Assembly: GCA_017303675.1 (NCBI GenBank)
Contig: JAFLBX010000002.1
Span: 1,461,075 to 1,525,074 of the forward strand
From: Ignavibacteria bacterium
GTDB lineage: Bacteria; Bacteroidota; Ignavibacteria; Tepidaquicellales; OLB5
Length of the DNA: 64,000 nucleotides
Direction: 5' to 3'
Position numbers and translations under genes: made by a program. The first letter of the stretch is position 1. Every line of letters begins with the position of its first letter. Below are positions 28,662-37,738 of this stretch, one piece after another. The notes beneath the pieces are model-generated. The model made no database searches. It saw nothing but the letters and a program-made list of their open reading frames with translations, and was not told the origin of the DNA.

Positions 28662-31226
28662 TTATTTCACCAAGATCATTTTTTTGGTTGAAGTAAATTT
28701 TTCTGTCTTTAAGGTATAAAAATAAACCCCGCTTGGAAGATTTGAAGCGTCAAATTCATAGGTATATTCACCTTTAGGCATATTTTTATTCAGCAGCACA
28801 GCAACTTCACTCCCCCTGATATCATAAACCTTCAGCCGTACATAATCAGCTTTGGGAATAGAGAATTTAATATTGGTAACGGGATTGAACGGATTCGGGT
28901 AATTTTGACTTAGTGAAAACTTCTCAGCAATTTCACTGCTGCCGATAATTCCAATGGGAATATTTGCTGTACTGATCTCATACATTGACCTTCCGTGAGT
29001 TCCGGCGCATAATATCTGTGAGCCTGCATGATAGTTTATATCAAACACCGGTGCGTTTGGCAGACCGGTACCAAGTAAAGACCAGCTTGTACCAAAGTTT
29101 GTGGTATAATAAACCCCGGCATCACATCCAATAAATAAAACTGAATCCCTGATATGATCTACAATTACGGAATTTACAGGAACATTCAGCAGGTTGCCTG
29201 AAATATTTATCCAGTTTGCACCGTAATTTGTAGTTCTGTATACATGAGTATTTCTTTCATCAACATTAAACCCGCTTAAAGTTACATAAGCCTTCGCCGG
29301 ATCTCTGCGGTCACAGATAATATCAGTAATATATCTTTGCGGAAGCGAACCGGTAACATCAAGCCAGTTTGCCCCTGAGTTTGTGGTAACTGAAACCTTA
29401 GCATCATCTGTGCCGGTATAAATTACCCGCTGGTTATTGCCAAGCACACCGCTTGTAATACATGTAATTGTACCAAGCCTTCCGTTGGGGCCGCGTGTCA
29501 GGTCACCGCTTATTGCTGTCCATGAGCTTCCGCGGTTTGTGGAACGGAAAAGCATATGGCTGCCAACATACAATATTGCGGGATCAGTATTATCCAGAAT
29601 ATACGGTGTTGACCAGTTGAACCTTCCGCTTAAACCGTTTGTAATATCACTGAATGAAGCGCCGTTATTTGTGCTTCGTCCAAGTCCGCCGTTTTGCGAT
29701 GTACAGTATATTATATTGGAATTTGTATAATCAACATGAGCGGTAAAACCGTCACCGCCGTAGATAACTTCCCAGTTGGCAGTACCCCCGGTAAATGTAA
29801 TTTTGGAACCGTTATCCTGTGAGCCGCCAATTTTTCTTACCGGATTTAAATTATCAATATTAGTTGCGTAAAATTGTGTGATCGGCAGGTCATAGCTTTT
29901 TGTCCATGGGGCATTGCCGGTATTGGTTTCAAAAATTCCGCCGTCATTTCCGCATATAAGGTTATTTGGGCTTGCGGGATTAATCCATAATACATGCTGG
30001 TCAGGGTGCTGCTGGTCAAAAGTACCGCTGTATGAATTTGTTAAGTTAACCCAGCTTGTGCCGTTTGTTGTCCTGAAAATATCAACACTGCCTATATATA
30101 CTTTATTATGGTCAGTGGGGTCAACTTCTATAAGTCCGAAATACCAGTCAAACCCCGAAGACTGAACACCTGACATTGGCATAGCCGTCCAGTTTAATCC
30201 TTTGTTGGATGACTTATAAATACCGCTGATATTATTGCCTGTGGTAGTTTTAAAAATTGAATATACAAAATTCGGGTTGGAACGTGAAACGGCAATACTT
30301 ATCCTTCCGGTAGTAACGGCCGGAGCTGGAATTCCCTGGGATACGCCAAGCAGCTGCCAGTTAGCGCCGCCATTTGAAGAGCGGTACAAACCGCTTGATA
30401 TGCCGCCTGTCTTGGATATAGATGGAGGAGTCCGGATACGCTCCCACATTGCAGCATACACAAGGTTCAGGTCATCAGGTGATACTTTTACATCAACGCC
30501 CGAAGTTGAATCTGATACAAAAAGCACTTTGTTCCAGTTCACTCCCCCGTTCGTAGATTTATAAATACCTTTGTTCTGCCCGAATGAACGGAAAGCCATA
30601 ACTGATGCATAAATAATATTCGGGTCCAGCGGATGTATATCCATTGCCGGAATATGGAGAGCTTCGGTTAGGCCTGAAATATTCCATGTTTCACCCATAT
30701 CAGTTGATTTAAGCACACCAAAACCGGGGTACACATCAATAGCGCTGTTCCCTTCACCTGTGCCGCAGTAAATGATATTTGGATTCACAGGATGCATTAC
30801 CAGCGCACCAACTGAAAGGCTTGGCCACTGGTCGGTTTTAGCTGTCCAGTTCAACCCGCCGTTGGTTGTTTTGAAAATTCCCCCTGCTGCGGCACCTGCT
30901 ATAATTATATTTGGGTTCTGTGGATTTACAGCAATAGCTGTAATTCTGCCGCCGATATTATAGGGTCCGTTGGGCGTCCAGTTCAGCATAGATGTTGGAT
31001 TATCCATTTGCTGCATCACCTTTTTTTCTTCCATAGCATCATAATATTTCTCGTAAGGAATATCACCCAAAGGATAAGACCGCTGGTAGAAGAACCAGTC
31101 ACCCGGCGCATTTTTTTTGTATTTCAGGAAAGCTTCTTCAGGTGAATTGTAAAAGTTGCCTGAAAGCAGTAAATATAAACCGGATATTACCAAAACAGAA
31201 GGTATTATAAAAATAATTTTTCGCAT
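28662..31226 (-). CDS. BNR/sortilin-Vps10-like repeat protein with T9SS C-terminal sorting domain
   Basis: Signal peptide, many S/TxNGGxNW (BNR/Asp-box-like) repeats, and C-terminal QNYPNPFNPVTNIKF...GVYFYTL...KKMILVK. Confidence 0.85.
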   Translation of the reverse strand: MRKIIFIIPSVLVISGLYLLLSGNFYNSPEEAFLKYKKNAPGDWFFYQRSYPLGDIPYEKYYDAMEEKKVMQQMDNPTSMLNWTPNGPYNIGGRITAIAVNPQNPNIIIAGAAAGGIFKTTNGGLNWTAKTDQWPSLSVGALVMHPVNPNIIYCGTGEGNSAIDVYPGFGVLKSTDMGETWNISGLTEALHIPAMDIHPLDPNIIYASVMAFRSFGQNKGIYKSTNGGVNWNKVLFVSDSTSGVDVKVSPDDLNLVYAAMWERIRTPPSISKTGGISSGLYRSSNGGANWQLLGVSQGIPAPAVTTGRISIAVSRSNPNFVYSIFKTTTGNNISGIYKSSNKGLNWTAMPMSGVQSSGFDWYFGLIEVDPTDHNKVYIGSVDIFRTTNGTSWVNLTNSYSGTFDQQHPDQHVLWINPASPNNLICGNDGGIFETNTGNAPWTKSYDLPITQFYATNIDNLNPVRKIGGSQDNGSKITFTGGTANWEVIYGGDGFTAHVDYTNSNIIYCTSQNGGLGRSTNNGASFSDITNGLSGRFNWSTPYILDNTDPAILYVGSHMLFRSTNRGSSWTAISGDLTRGPNGRLGTITCITSGVLGNNQRVIYTGTDDAKVSVTTNSGANWLDVTGSLPQRYITDIICDRRDPAKAYVTLSGFNVDERNTHVYRTTNYGANWINISGNLLNVPVNSVIVDHIRDSVLFIGCDAGVYYTTNFGTSWSLLGTGLPNAPVFDINYHAGSQILCAGTHGRSMYEISTANIPIGIIGSSEIAEKFSLSQNYPNPFNPVTNIKFSIPKADYVRLKVYDIRGSEVAVLLNKNMPKGEYTYEFDASNLPSGVYFYTLKTEKFTSTKKMILVK

Positions 31227-31313
31227 TTTTTTTGAAAATTTACATTAAGTAATAATATAATTTAGCAATATAAAGGTAATTTTAGAATGCAAATAAATAA
31301 TTATAAAATGTAA

Positions 31314-31408
31314 AAAGGACACAAATTGAATATCTACTGCGAATTTATTTGAATTCTCACACAGAAAGATCCAACTGAAAATTCAACAGAGATAGATTTG
31401 TGTCCTTT
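31314..31408. other. Long-range perfect inverted repeat AAAGGACACAAAT ... ATTTGTGTCCTTT (69-nt spacer with nested TTGAATT/AATTCAA)
   Basis: Read directly from the sequence. On the minus strand the distal arm is followed by TTTTACATTTTAT. Confidence 0.85.
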
Positions 31409-31426
31409 GAGTTTAATTTCTATAAA

Positions 31427-31490
31427 GCAATAAGCCTGTTAAAGCATTATTATTAATTGGGGGAAAACAATATGCTAACAGGCTTATTGC
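31427..31490. other. Perfect 15-bp inverted repeat GCAATAAGCCTGTTA ... TAACAGGCTTATTGC (34-nt spacer)
   Basis: Read directly from the sequence. Begins 18 nt downstream of the stop of the minus-strand gene 31508-32209. Confidence 0.85.
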
Positions 31491-31507
31491 AAAAGCATTA
31501 AATCTTA

Positions 31508-32209
31508 TTATTTTTTTCTGCGCAGCGCTAAAGCAGATATTGCCAGACCTGCAAATGCCATTAACGGGAATTCCATACCAAACAATCCGCATTTTTTGCC
31601 TTCATTTTTTACAGTTGCTGTCATTTCTATATCATTTTTAAGATCTGCAAGAGTCTTTTCGTAAATAATTTTCTGCCCGTCTTTTCTGCCGTTCGTTTTA
31701 ATAATTTCAGCAGGCATTTCGAATTCATAGTTCAATTTTATATCACTTGATCCCATGTTCCCTGCGTTTGATGTATCCTTAAGAAGGGTATAGCTGAAAT
31801 CCATTCCTTCTTTTCCTTCCTTCCATGAAGCTTTAACCTTTTCAAATCCTTTTGCAGAAGTAATTTCGTTGATATTCTTGAATTTCAGATCAACAGTTAC
31901 ATGTTTGGTTGAATCATCCAGCTTTTCTTCTACCTTAACCCCGGTTACATCAGTATTTGATGAAGAATAATTCTGTTTTGCTTTAGATTCTTCAAAGCTG
32001 AATCCGCCGAGATCAGAACTTGATTTAACATTCGACATCTTAGTCCAGTAGTGAACTTTCATTGTACCTGACCCATCCTGGTTCAGTGTGGTCTTTTGTT
32101 CTACATTAACACAACCGGCAAGGATAAAAGCAAATAAAACCAGAATTGATGAAAATATGAAAAAATTGTTCCTGAAAAAAAATGTTTTTGATCTTTCTGT
32201 GTTTGACAT
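31508..32209 (-). CDS. Hypothetical lipoprotein with C-terminal TM anchor (LppM/DUF3153-like architecture, tentative)
   Basis: N-terminal signal with lipobox LAGC, and a C-terminal hydrophobic helix plus basic tail (..LMAFAGLAISALALRRKK). Confidence 0.6.
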   Translation of the reverse strand: MSNTERSKTFFFRNNFFIFSSILVLFAFILAGCVNVEQKTTLNQDGSGTMKVHYWTKMSNVKSSSDLGGFSFEESKAKQNYSSSNTDVTGVKVEEKLDDSTKHVTVDLKFKNINEITSAKGFEKVKASWKEGKEGMDFSYTLLKDTSNAGNMGSSDIKLNYEFEMPAEIIKTNGRKDGQKIIYEKTLADLKNDIEMTATVKNEGKKCGLFGMEFPLMAFAGLAISALALRRKK

Positions 32210-32319
32210 TTTTACTCCCTCAGAGTTTTTAATTTTTAAATACTTACAAATCTAACATTAATGTGAATTGTAAAAAAATCAAAATATATGTAATTTGTTG
32301 CATGTTTTATATCATATAA

Positions 32320-33990
32320 ATGAACCTGAAAAACCCCAAATACAACCCGTTTTTTGTAAAAGATTACTTTTTGTTTGAATATTCAGCTATTGATAAAAAT
32401 ACGAGAGCCCGATTCCGGACAAAGCTTTTAAAAAGAAAAGGTGCTGAAGAGCAGAAGAACGTAAAATTGATCGACATGCTGGAAGAAATTGTAAATGAAG
32501 ATGATTTTAACGAAAAACATTATGCAGAATTAAGTAAAAAATTAGGGATAAGCAAAAGAATTCTTGATTGTCATAAATCAAGACTTTTAAAAAGTTTAAG
32601 AGAACATGCTTTTAACTGGAAAAATATTAAGGGAGAAAGTGAGATCAATAAGATAAGGCGAAGATTCGCAGCAGGAATGCTGCGCGAAGCAAGAATCGAG
32701 CTTTTCTTACTGGAAAAAAAACTTAAGAAAGAAAAGATCCCTCAGAAAAAATTACCGGATTTATTTGAAATTCACGAAAGGTCAGTTCAGTTATATAATT
32801 ATTTAAAAGATAAAAGGAGAAGCAGCAGAAGTTTCAAGCTTGCAGCAGGATATTACAGAAGTATTTGTAAAAGCAAACTGAATGAAGATATAAAGGTTAA
32901 TATCAAAATAAGGTATGACCTGTTACTTTCTGTTAAGCTGATGGCAAACAGGTTCAAAGAAGAAAATCTTAAAAGATCTCTTGATATACTTGAAAAGATC
33001 TTAAAAATTCACAGGAATAACTTAAAACCTGAGCCCGCTTTCAAAATTTTTCATAGAATGGGTTTATTATATAATGTATTGAAATTCAGAGATGACTCAA
33101 TAAAAGCTTTTGAGGAAGGCAGAAAACTTGCCGGGAAATACGGTTTAAAAGCTGATGAGATTGTATTTGAAAGCTTTATATTTTTACGAAAATTTTCAGA
33201 AAACAATAAACTAGCATTCAAAGCACTTCAGTTTCACAGGGATAATTTCAGATTTATATCAGAAAATTTCACAGATGTACAGCAATTGATGGATTTTCAG
33301 TTCAATTATTTAAGATTCCTGATCTATGCAGGCGGTGAAGAAACTGAAATGATAACTGAAGATTTTGTTTCAAAACAGATCTTGTATTCACGCAAAGCGG
33401 AAGCTCTCAACAGCTGGTACCTGGAATTGAGCGACCAGCTTTCAAGCAGTATTTATATAATGAAAAAAAATAATTATGGTTTTGAGATCAAAATAAACAG
33501 GAAAATACTTGATGAATTCAGCCTAATCAACAGGCTTTCAGTTTCCCGGTTCAGTGGATTATTTATGCCTAATTCACTGGTTATACTTTATGTAAATTTA
33601 GCAGAGCAGGAATTCTGGAAACACAAGGATGCAGACTTTGAAATGGCAGAAAACTTCATTAAAAAAACTGCAAGAATAATGAAGCTGCATTACATAAATA
33701 TAAGCAGCAGCTGGATAGAATCTACAAGGCTTGGCATAAAAATATTCGAAATGCTTGTATCTGAGAAAAGTGTAAAAGTTTACCGTAAATACAGAAACTC
33801 CCTTTTAAAATTCATAGATACGATCAAAAGTGATAAACAAACGTTTAATATCTCGTCTGATTTCGCAAAGCTGATTTTTATTGCCGGTATTCTAAAAATT
33901 GAAGAACTTGACAAAAAAATAGCTGAACTTTCTCAGTGGATAAGTGAAAATAATCCGGAAATATTTTCAATTATTCAAAACAGTGCTTAA
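32320..33990 (+). CDS. Hypothetical all-helical protein with N-terminal HTH-like segment and TPR-like C-terminal region
   Basis: 556-aa ORF. YAELSKKLGISKRILDCHKSRLLKSLRE resembles a sigma-70 region-4/LuxR-type HTH. The rest is Lys/Leu-rich and helical. Confidence 0.5.
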   Translation: MNLKNPKYNPFFVKDYFLFEYSAIDKNTRARFRTKLLKRKGAEEQKNVKLIDMLEEIVNEDDFNEKHYAELSKKLGISKRILDCHKSRLLKSLREHAFNWKNIKGESEINKIRRRFAAGMLREARIELFLLEKKLKKEKIPQKKLPDLFEIHERSVQLYNYLKDKRRSSRSFKLAAGYYRSICKSKLNEDIKVNIKIRYDLLLSVKLMANRFKEENLKRSLDILEKILKIHRNNLKPEPAFKIFHRMGLLYNVLKFRDDSIKAFEEGRKLAGKYGLKADEIVFESFIFLRKFSENNKLAFKALQFHRDNFRFISENFTDVQQLMDFQFNYLRFLIYAGGEETEMITEDFVSKQILYSRKAEALNSWYLELSDQLSSSIYIMKKNNYGFEIKINRKILDEFSLINRLSVSRFSGLFMPNSLVILYVNLAEQEFWKHKDADFEMAENFIKKTARIMKLHYINISSSWIESTRLGIKIFEMLVSEKSVKVYRKYRNSLLKFIDTIKSDKQTFNISSDFAKLIFIAGILKIEELDKKIAELSQWISENNPEIFSIIQNSA

Positions 33991-35354
33991 ATATTCAATG
34001 GTTCTGAAAGTCTTTCACTGATCAATCTGCGGGCGAAATCAAGATCAATATTTTCGGGTGCGGAAATTCCTTCGCTCAGCTCGTGCAGAATTGATTCCTG
34101 TATCCTGCCTCTTTTTAAAGCCGTGGAATAAGGTACCCTTAAAAATGTGACCATGGTATATTTAGGAATGAAAACTTCCGGGTATTTTTTATATAACAGC
34201 GCTTCAATCTTCTTTTTAAGCTGAAACCGTTCATCAGCAACCAGGTCGCGCATTTCGATGAAGTTTTCCTGCGCTAGGTCTGCAATTGCATCTGTGTTTG
34301 GCTTTCTCATCTGCTGGTAAGCGCTGAAGATCTTATCCCACTGCCCGGGATATTTATCAATGCACTCATTAAGGTAAGTGCAGTCTTCGAAAGCGGCATT
34401 CATACCCTGCCCGAAAAAAGGAACAATTGCATGGGCTGAATCACCCAGCAAAGCTGTTTTTCCGTTAAGGCACCACGGATAACATTTTACCGTAATTAAA
34501 GTACCCGTTGGATTTTCAAAAAAATCATTGAGCAATTCCGGCATTAGCTTAACTGCATCCGGAAAGTTCTTTTCAAAGAATCGCTGTACTGCCTGCTTAT
34601 CGCCCAGTGCTTCGAAGCTGTTTTCACCTCCTAATGAACTGTCATAAGCAAGAAACAATGTGCATGTGAAGCTTCCATCCATGTTAGGCAATGCAATTAA
34701 CATAAAAGAGCCGCGCGGCCAGATATGCAGGGCATTGGTTTCCATTTTAAATGTGCCATCAGGATTAGGCGGAATGTGAAGCTCTTTATAACCGTAATTT
34801 TCATATTCCTGCTTAAAATCAAACCGGGGAATTTTGAGCATTTCCATTCTGACAGGCGACGTAGCGCCATCGGTCGCAATAGCTATATCAGCGCTTAATT
34901 CTTCGTTTTGCCCGGTACTTTCGTTGTAGAATTTTATGGTGTTTGATCTCAGATCGATACCTGTGCAGGGAATATTAAAGTGAAACTTTACTGAAGGAAA
35001 GCCTTCAGCAAGATCCATAAGCTTTTTGTTGAGATCACCCCTGGATACTGAATTAATATACTCACTGTTATCTTTTCCATATGGCTGCAAAGATGTTGTG
35101 CCATCAGGCGTATGTATCATTCTGCCATACATAGGGATTGATATTTTTTTAATCTCATCATACAGCCCAACTTCTTTCAATGCATGTATGCCGCGCGTAG
35201 AAAGAGCCAGATTTATTGATTTACCCGCTGAGATATCTGCAGTACGCATATCAGGGCGGCGTTCATATACGTTTACATTAAAACCTCTTTTGGCGAGGTA
35301 AACTGAAAGAAGGGAGCCGGCAAGTCCGGCGCCAACAATTGTTATATTTTGCAT
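33987..35354 (-). CDS. kmo: Kynurenine 3-monooxygenase (FAD-dependent)
   Basis: ITIVGAGLAGSLLSVYLAKRGFNVNVYERRPD, GKSINLALS.RG..AL and IPM.GRMIH are collinear with eukaryotic/bacterial KMO. Confidence 0.9.
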   Translation of the reverse strand: MQNITIVGAGLAGSLLSVYLAKRGFNVNVYERRPDMRTADISAGKSINLALSTRGIHALKEVGLYDEIKKISIPMYGRMIHTPDGTTSLQPYGKDNSEYINSVSRGDLNKKLMDLAEGFPSVKFHFNIPCTGIDLRSNTIKFYNESTGQNEELSADIAIATDGATSPVRMEMLKIPRFDFKQEYENYGYKELHIPPNPDGTFKMETNALHIWPRGSFMLIALPNMDGSFTCTLFLAYDSSLGGENSFEALGDKQAVQRFFEKNFPDAVKLMPELLNDFFENPTGTLITVKCYPWCLNGKTALLGDSAHAIVPFFGQGMNAAFEDCTYLNECIDKYPGQWDKIFSAYQQMRKPNTDAIADLAQENFIEMRDLVADERFQLKKKIEALLYKKYPEVFIPKYTMVTFLRVPYSTALKRGRIQESILHELSEGISAPENIDLDFARRLISERLSEPLNI

Positions 35355-35411
35355 TTTGTTATTTTTATCCCCTCGAAGGCGGGGAACTCAATTTCAATTC
35401 AAATTCTAATT

Positions 35412-35425
35412 GCGGCTAAAGCCGC
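35412..35425. other. Hairpin GCGGC-TAAA-GCCGC followed by a T-run on the plus strand
   Basis: Read directly from the sequence. Its orientation is opposite to the flanking minus-strand genes. Confidence 0.7.
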
Positions 35426-35444
35426 TATACTTTTTTCTTCACAT

Positions 35445-35464
35445 CCACGGTCTATAGACCGTGG
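35445..35464. repeat. Perfect 20-nt palindrome CCACGGTCTATAGACCGTGG
   Basis: Read directly from the sequence, between kynU and kmo. Confidence 0.9.
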
Positions 35465-35510
35465 CTAATCAATTTATTTCATTCCTAAAACCCGGCAGGT
35501 TTAAAATATG

Positions 35511-36767
35511 TTAGCTATACAACAACTTTACAAAATTCCATACATCTTCATAGGTATTATAGAGCGGAACGGGGGCTATGCGAATTACATCCGGTTCGCG
35601 CCAGTCACAAATTACACCTTCATTGTTCAGTTTTGTATGCAGAGCTTTACCATTTGATTTAGCTCTAATGGAAAGCTGGCACCCGCGTTCACTTGCAGAT
35701 GCAGGAGTAATGATCTCTATATTACCGTTATTATTTTCATTTACCAGGTATTCTGCAAAGCCCGTCAACATCTCACTTTTTTTACGCAGGTTATCCATTC
35801 CGGTTTCATGGAAAATATCAAGCGATGCGCGTAATGCCGCCAGCTGCAAAATGGGCGGGTTGCTGAGCTGCCAGCTTTCAACAGTAGGGATGGGACGGAA
35901 ATCATGATCCATAAGAAAGCGGGTAGCTTTATCCTGCCCCCACCATCCCCAGAACTTGGGAATATTCATATCAAGCAGGTGCTTTTTGTGAACAAAAGCA
36001 CCGGCTATGGCGCCGGGACCCCCGTTTAAATATTTATATGAACACCAGACTGCAAAGTCACAGCCCCATTTATTAAGCTCAAGCTTTAAATTTCCTGCAG
36101 CATGCGCCAGATCAAATCCTGCCAAACATCCTTTATTATGCGCAGCTGCTGTTATTTTTTCTATTTCAAACGCCTGTCCGGTGTAATAGTTTACGCCGGC
36201 AAACATAATTAACGCTATGGAATCACCTTCTTTATCTATCCGCTCGATTAAATCTTCCGTCCGGATAGTCAGTTCACCATCACGCGGTTTCATTTCTATA
36301 AGGCATTTTGCAGAATCGAAACCGTGAAATTTGATCTGAGACTGCACGGCGTAGTGATCAGACGGGAATGCGTTTGCTTCGATGAGAATTTTATTACGTT
36401 CTTTAGTTGGCCTGTAGAAAGAAACCATCATAAGATGCAGGTTAACGGTAAGTGAGTTCATATTCACCACTTCTTCGGGTTTTGCTCCAACCAAAGCAGC
36501 GGTTTGTTCAGTCAGAAATTCATGGTATGGCAGCCATGGGTATTTTGCATGCATGTGCCCTTCAACACCCATTTTTTCCCAGTCGAGCAGTTCCTGCTCA
36601 ACATACTGCCTGACGGTCTTTGGCTGTAGTCCAAGGGAATTACCCGCAAAATAAATAACATCATTCCCCTCCTTGGTTTTGGGAATGTGGAATTTCATTC
36701 TGTGTGAATGCAGGGGATCACTTGAATCCATTTGCAAAGCAAACTCAATTTTATTCTCGTAATTCAT
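35511..36767 (-). CDS. kynU: Kynureninase (PLP-dependent)
   Basis: YFAGNSLGLQPK, the SYKYLNGGPGAIAGAFVH region and overall collinearity with kynureninases. Confidence 0.92.
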   Translation of the reverse strand: MNYENKIEFALQMDSSDPLHSHRMKFHIPKTKEGNDVIYFAGNSLGLQPKTVRQYVEQELLDWEKMGVEGHMHAKYPWLPYHEFLTEQTAALVGAKPEEVVNMNSLTVNLHLMMVSFYRPTKERNKILIEANAFPSDHYAVQSQIKFHGFDSAKCLIEMKPRDGELTIRTEDLIERIDKEGDSIALIMFAGVNYYTGQAFEIEKITAAAHNKGCLAGFDLAHAAGNLKLELNKWGCDFAVWCSYKYLNGGPGAIAGAFVHKKHLLDMNIPKFWGWWGQDKATRFLMDHDFRPIPTVESWQLSNPPILQLAALRASLDIFHETGMDNLRKKSEMLTGFAEYLVNENNNGNIEIITPASASERGCQLSIRAKSNGKALHTKLNNEGVICDWREPDVIRIAPVPLYNTYEDVWNFVKLLYS

Positions 36768-37535
36768 TTAATTTTTATTCTTAAGCTGTTCCAGCATTTT
36801 TTTAGCATTCTCATTTTTGGGGTCAATCTCCAGTGATTTTTCATAATTCTTTATCGCATTTTTATTATCGCCTGCTATCATGCAACCTTCTCCCATACTG
36901 TCATATACATTGGCTGATTCAGGATACTGCTCTATATTAAGCTCAAATATTTTTACGGCTTCTTTATTCAGTCCAACCTGCAGAAGCTGGTAACCAAGAA
37001 TGTTAAGCTGGCTTTCTTTGAAATTGTATTCTTTTTCCTTTTCGCTGTAAAGGTCCCAGTAAGTATCTATCGCTTTACTAACATTTTTATTTATAATTAT
37101 TGCCATCAGTGTATCAACAATGGATTTTTTAGGCTTATGCACACCAAGCAGCTCAACATCAAACACAAGTGTAGCGTTTGGCGGAATGATTTCTCCCGCA
37201 CCACGCTCACCATAAGCAAGATTTGGAGGAAGTATAAGCCTGAACTCATCGCCTATCTTCATTAAGGCTACGCCTTCATCCCAACCGGCTATAACCTGTT
37301 TTGCGCCGAGAGTAAATTCAAACGGTTCTTTTCTATCCCTGGAGGAATCAAATTTTTTGCCGTCAAGCAGCCAGCCGGTATAATGTACTTCGGCAACTTT
37401 GCCTGCTTCGGATCTTTTACCATTTCCGCTTTTTAATATTATATATTTTAAACCGCTTGAAGTTGTAACTGTATCACTGTTTTGGGCTGATATACTGAAA
37501 GTAAGAATGAATAAGAATAAAATTGCTTTTTTCAT
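36768..37535 (-). CDS. FKBP-type peptidyl-prolyl cis-trans isomerase with C-terminal TPR-like region
   Basis: Signal peptide. The FKBP core has VHYTGWLLDGKKFDSS..R..PF.F.LG..QVI.GWDEG and NATLVFDVELL. Its stop codon abuts the kynU start. Confidence 0.9.
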   Translation of the reverse strand: MKKAILFLFILTFSISAQNSDTVTTSSGLKYIILKSGNGKRSEAGKVAEVHYTGWLLDGKKFDSSRDRKEPFEFTLGAKQVIAGWDEGVALMKIGDEFRLILPPNLAYGERGAGEIIPPNATLVFDVELLGVHKPKKSIVDTLMAIIINKNVSKAIDTYWDLYSEKEKEYNFKESQLNILGYQLLQVGLNKEAVKIFELNIEQYPESANVYDSMGEGCMIAGDNKNAIKNYEKSLEIDPKNENAKKMLEQLKNKN

Positions 37536-37738
37536 TTTTATGATTAAAATTATTGGTTAATAGCGTAAATTACAAATACATAAATTAAACTTACAGTCAA
37601 ACCAGAATATATTAAAAAAGATTAATTTTAGCCGCTGAGTTTACTCAAATTCACTCTTAAATAAATTAAATACCCTAAATAATACCAAAAAAATCATTAA
37701 ATTTACGGCTATTCTATTAATTTTTTAAGGAGAGCAGC

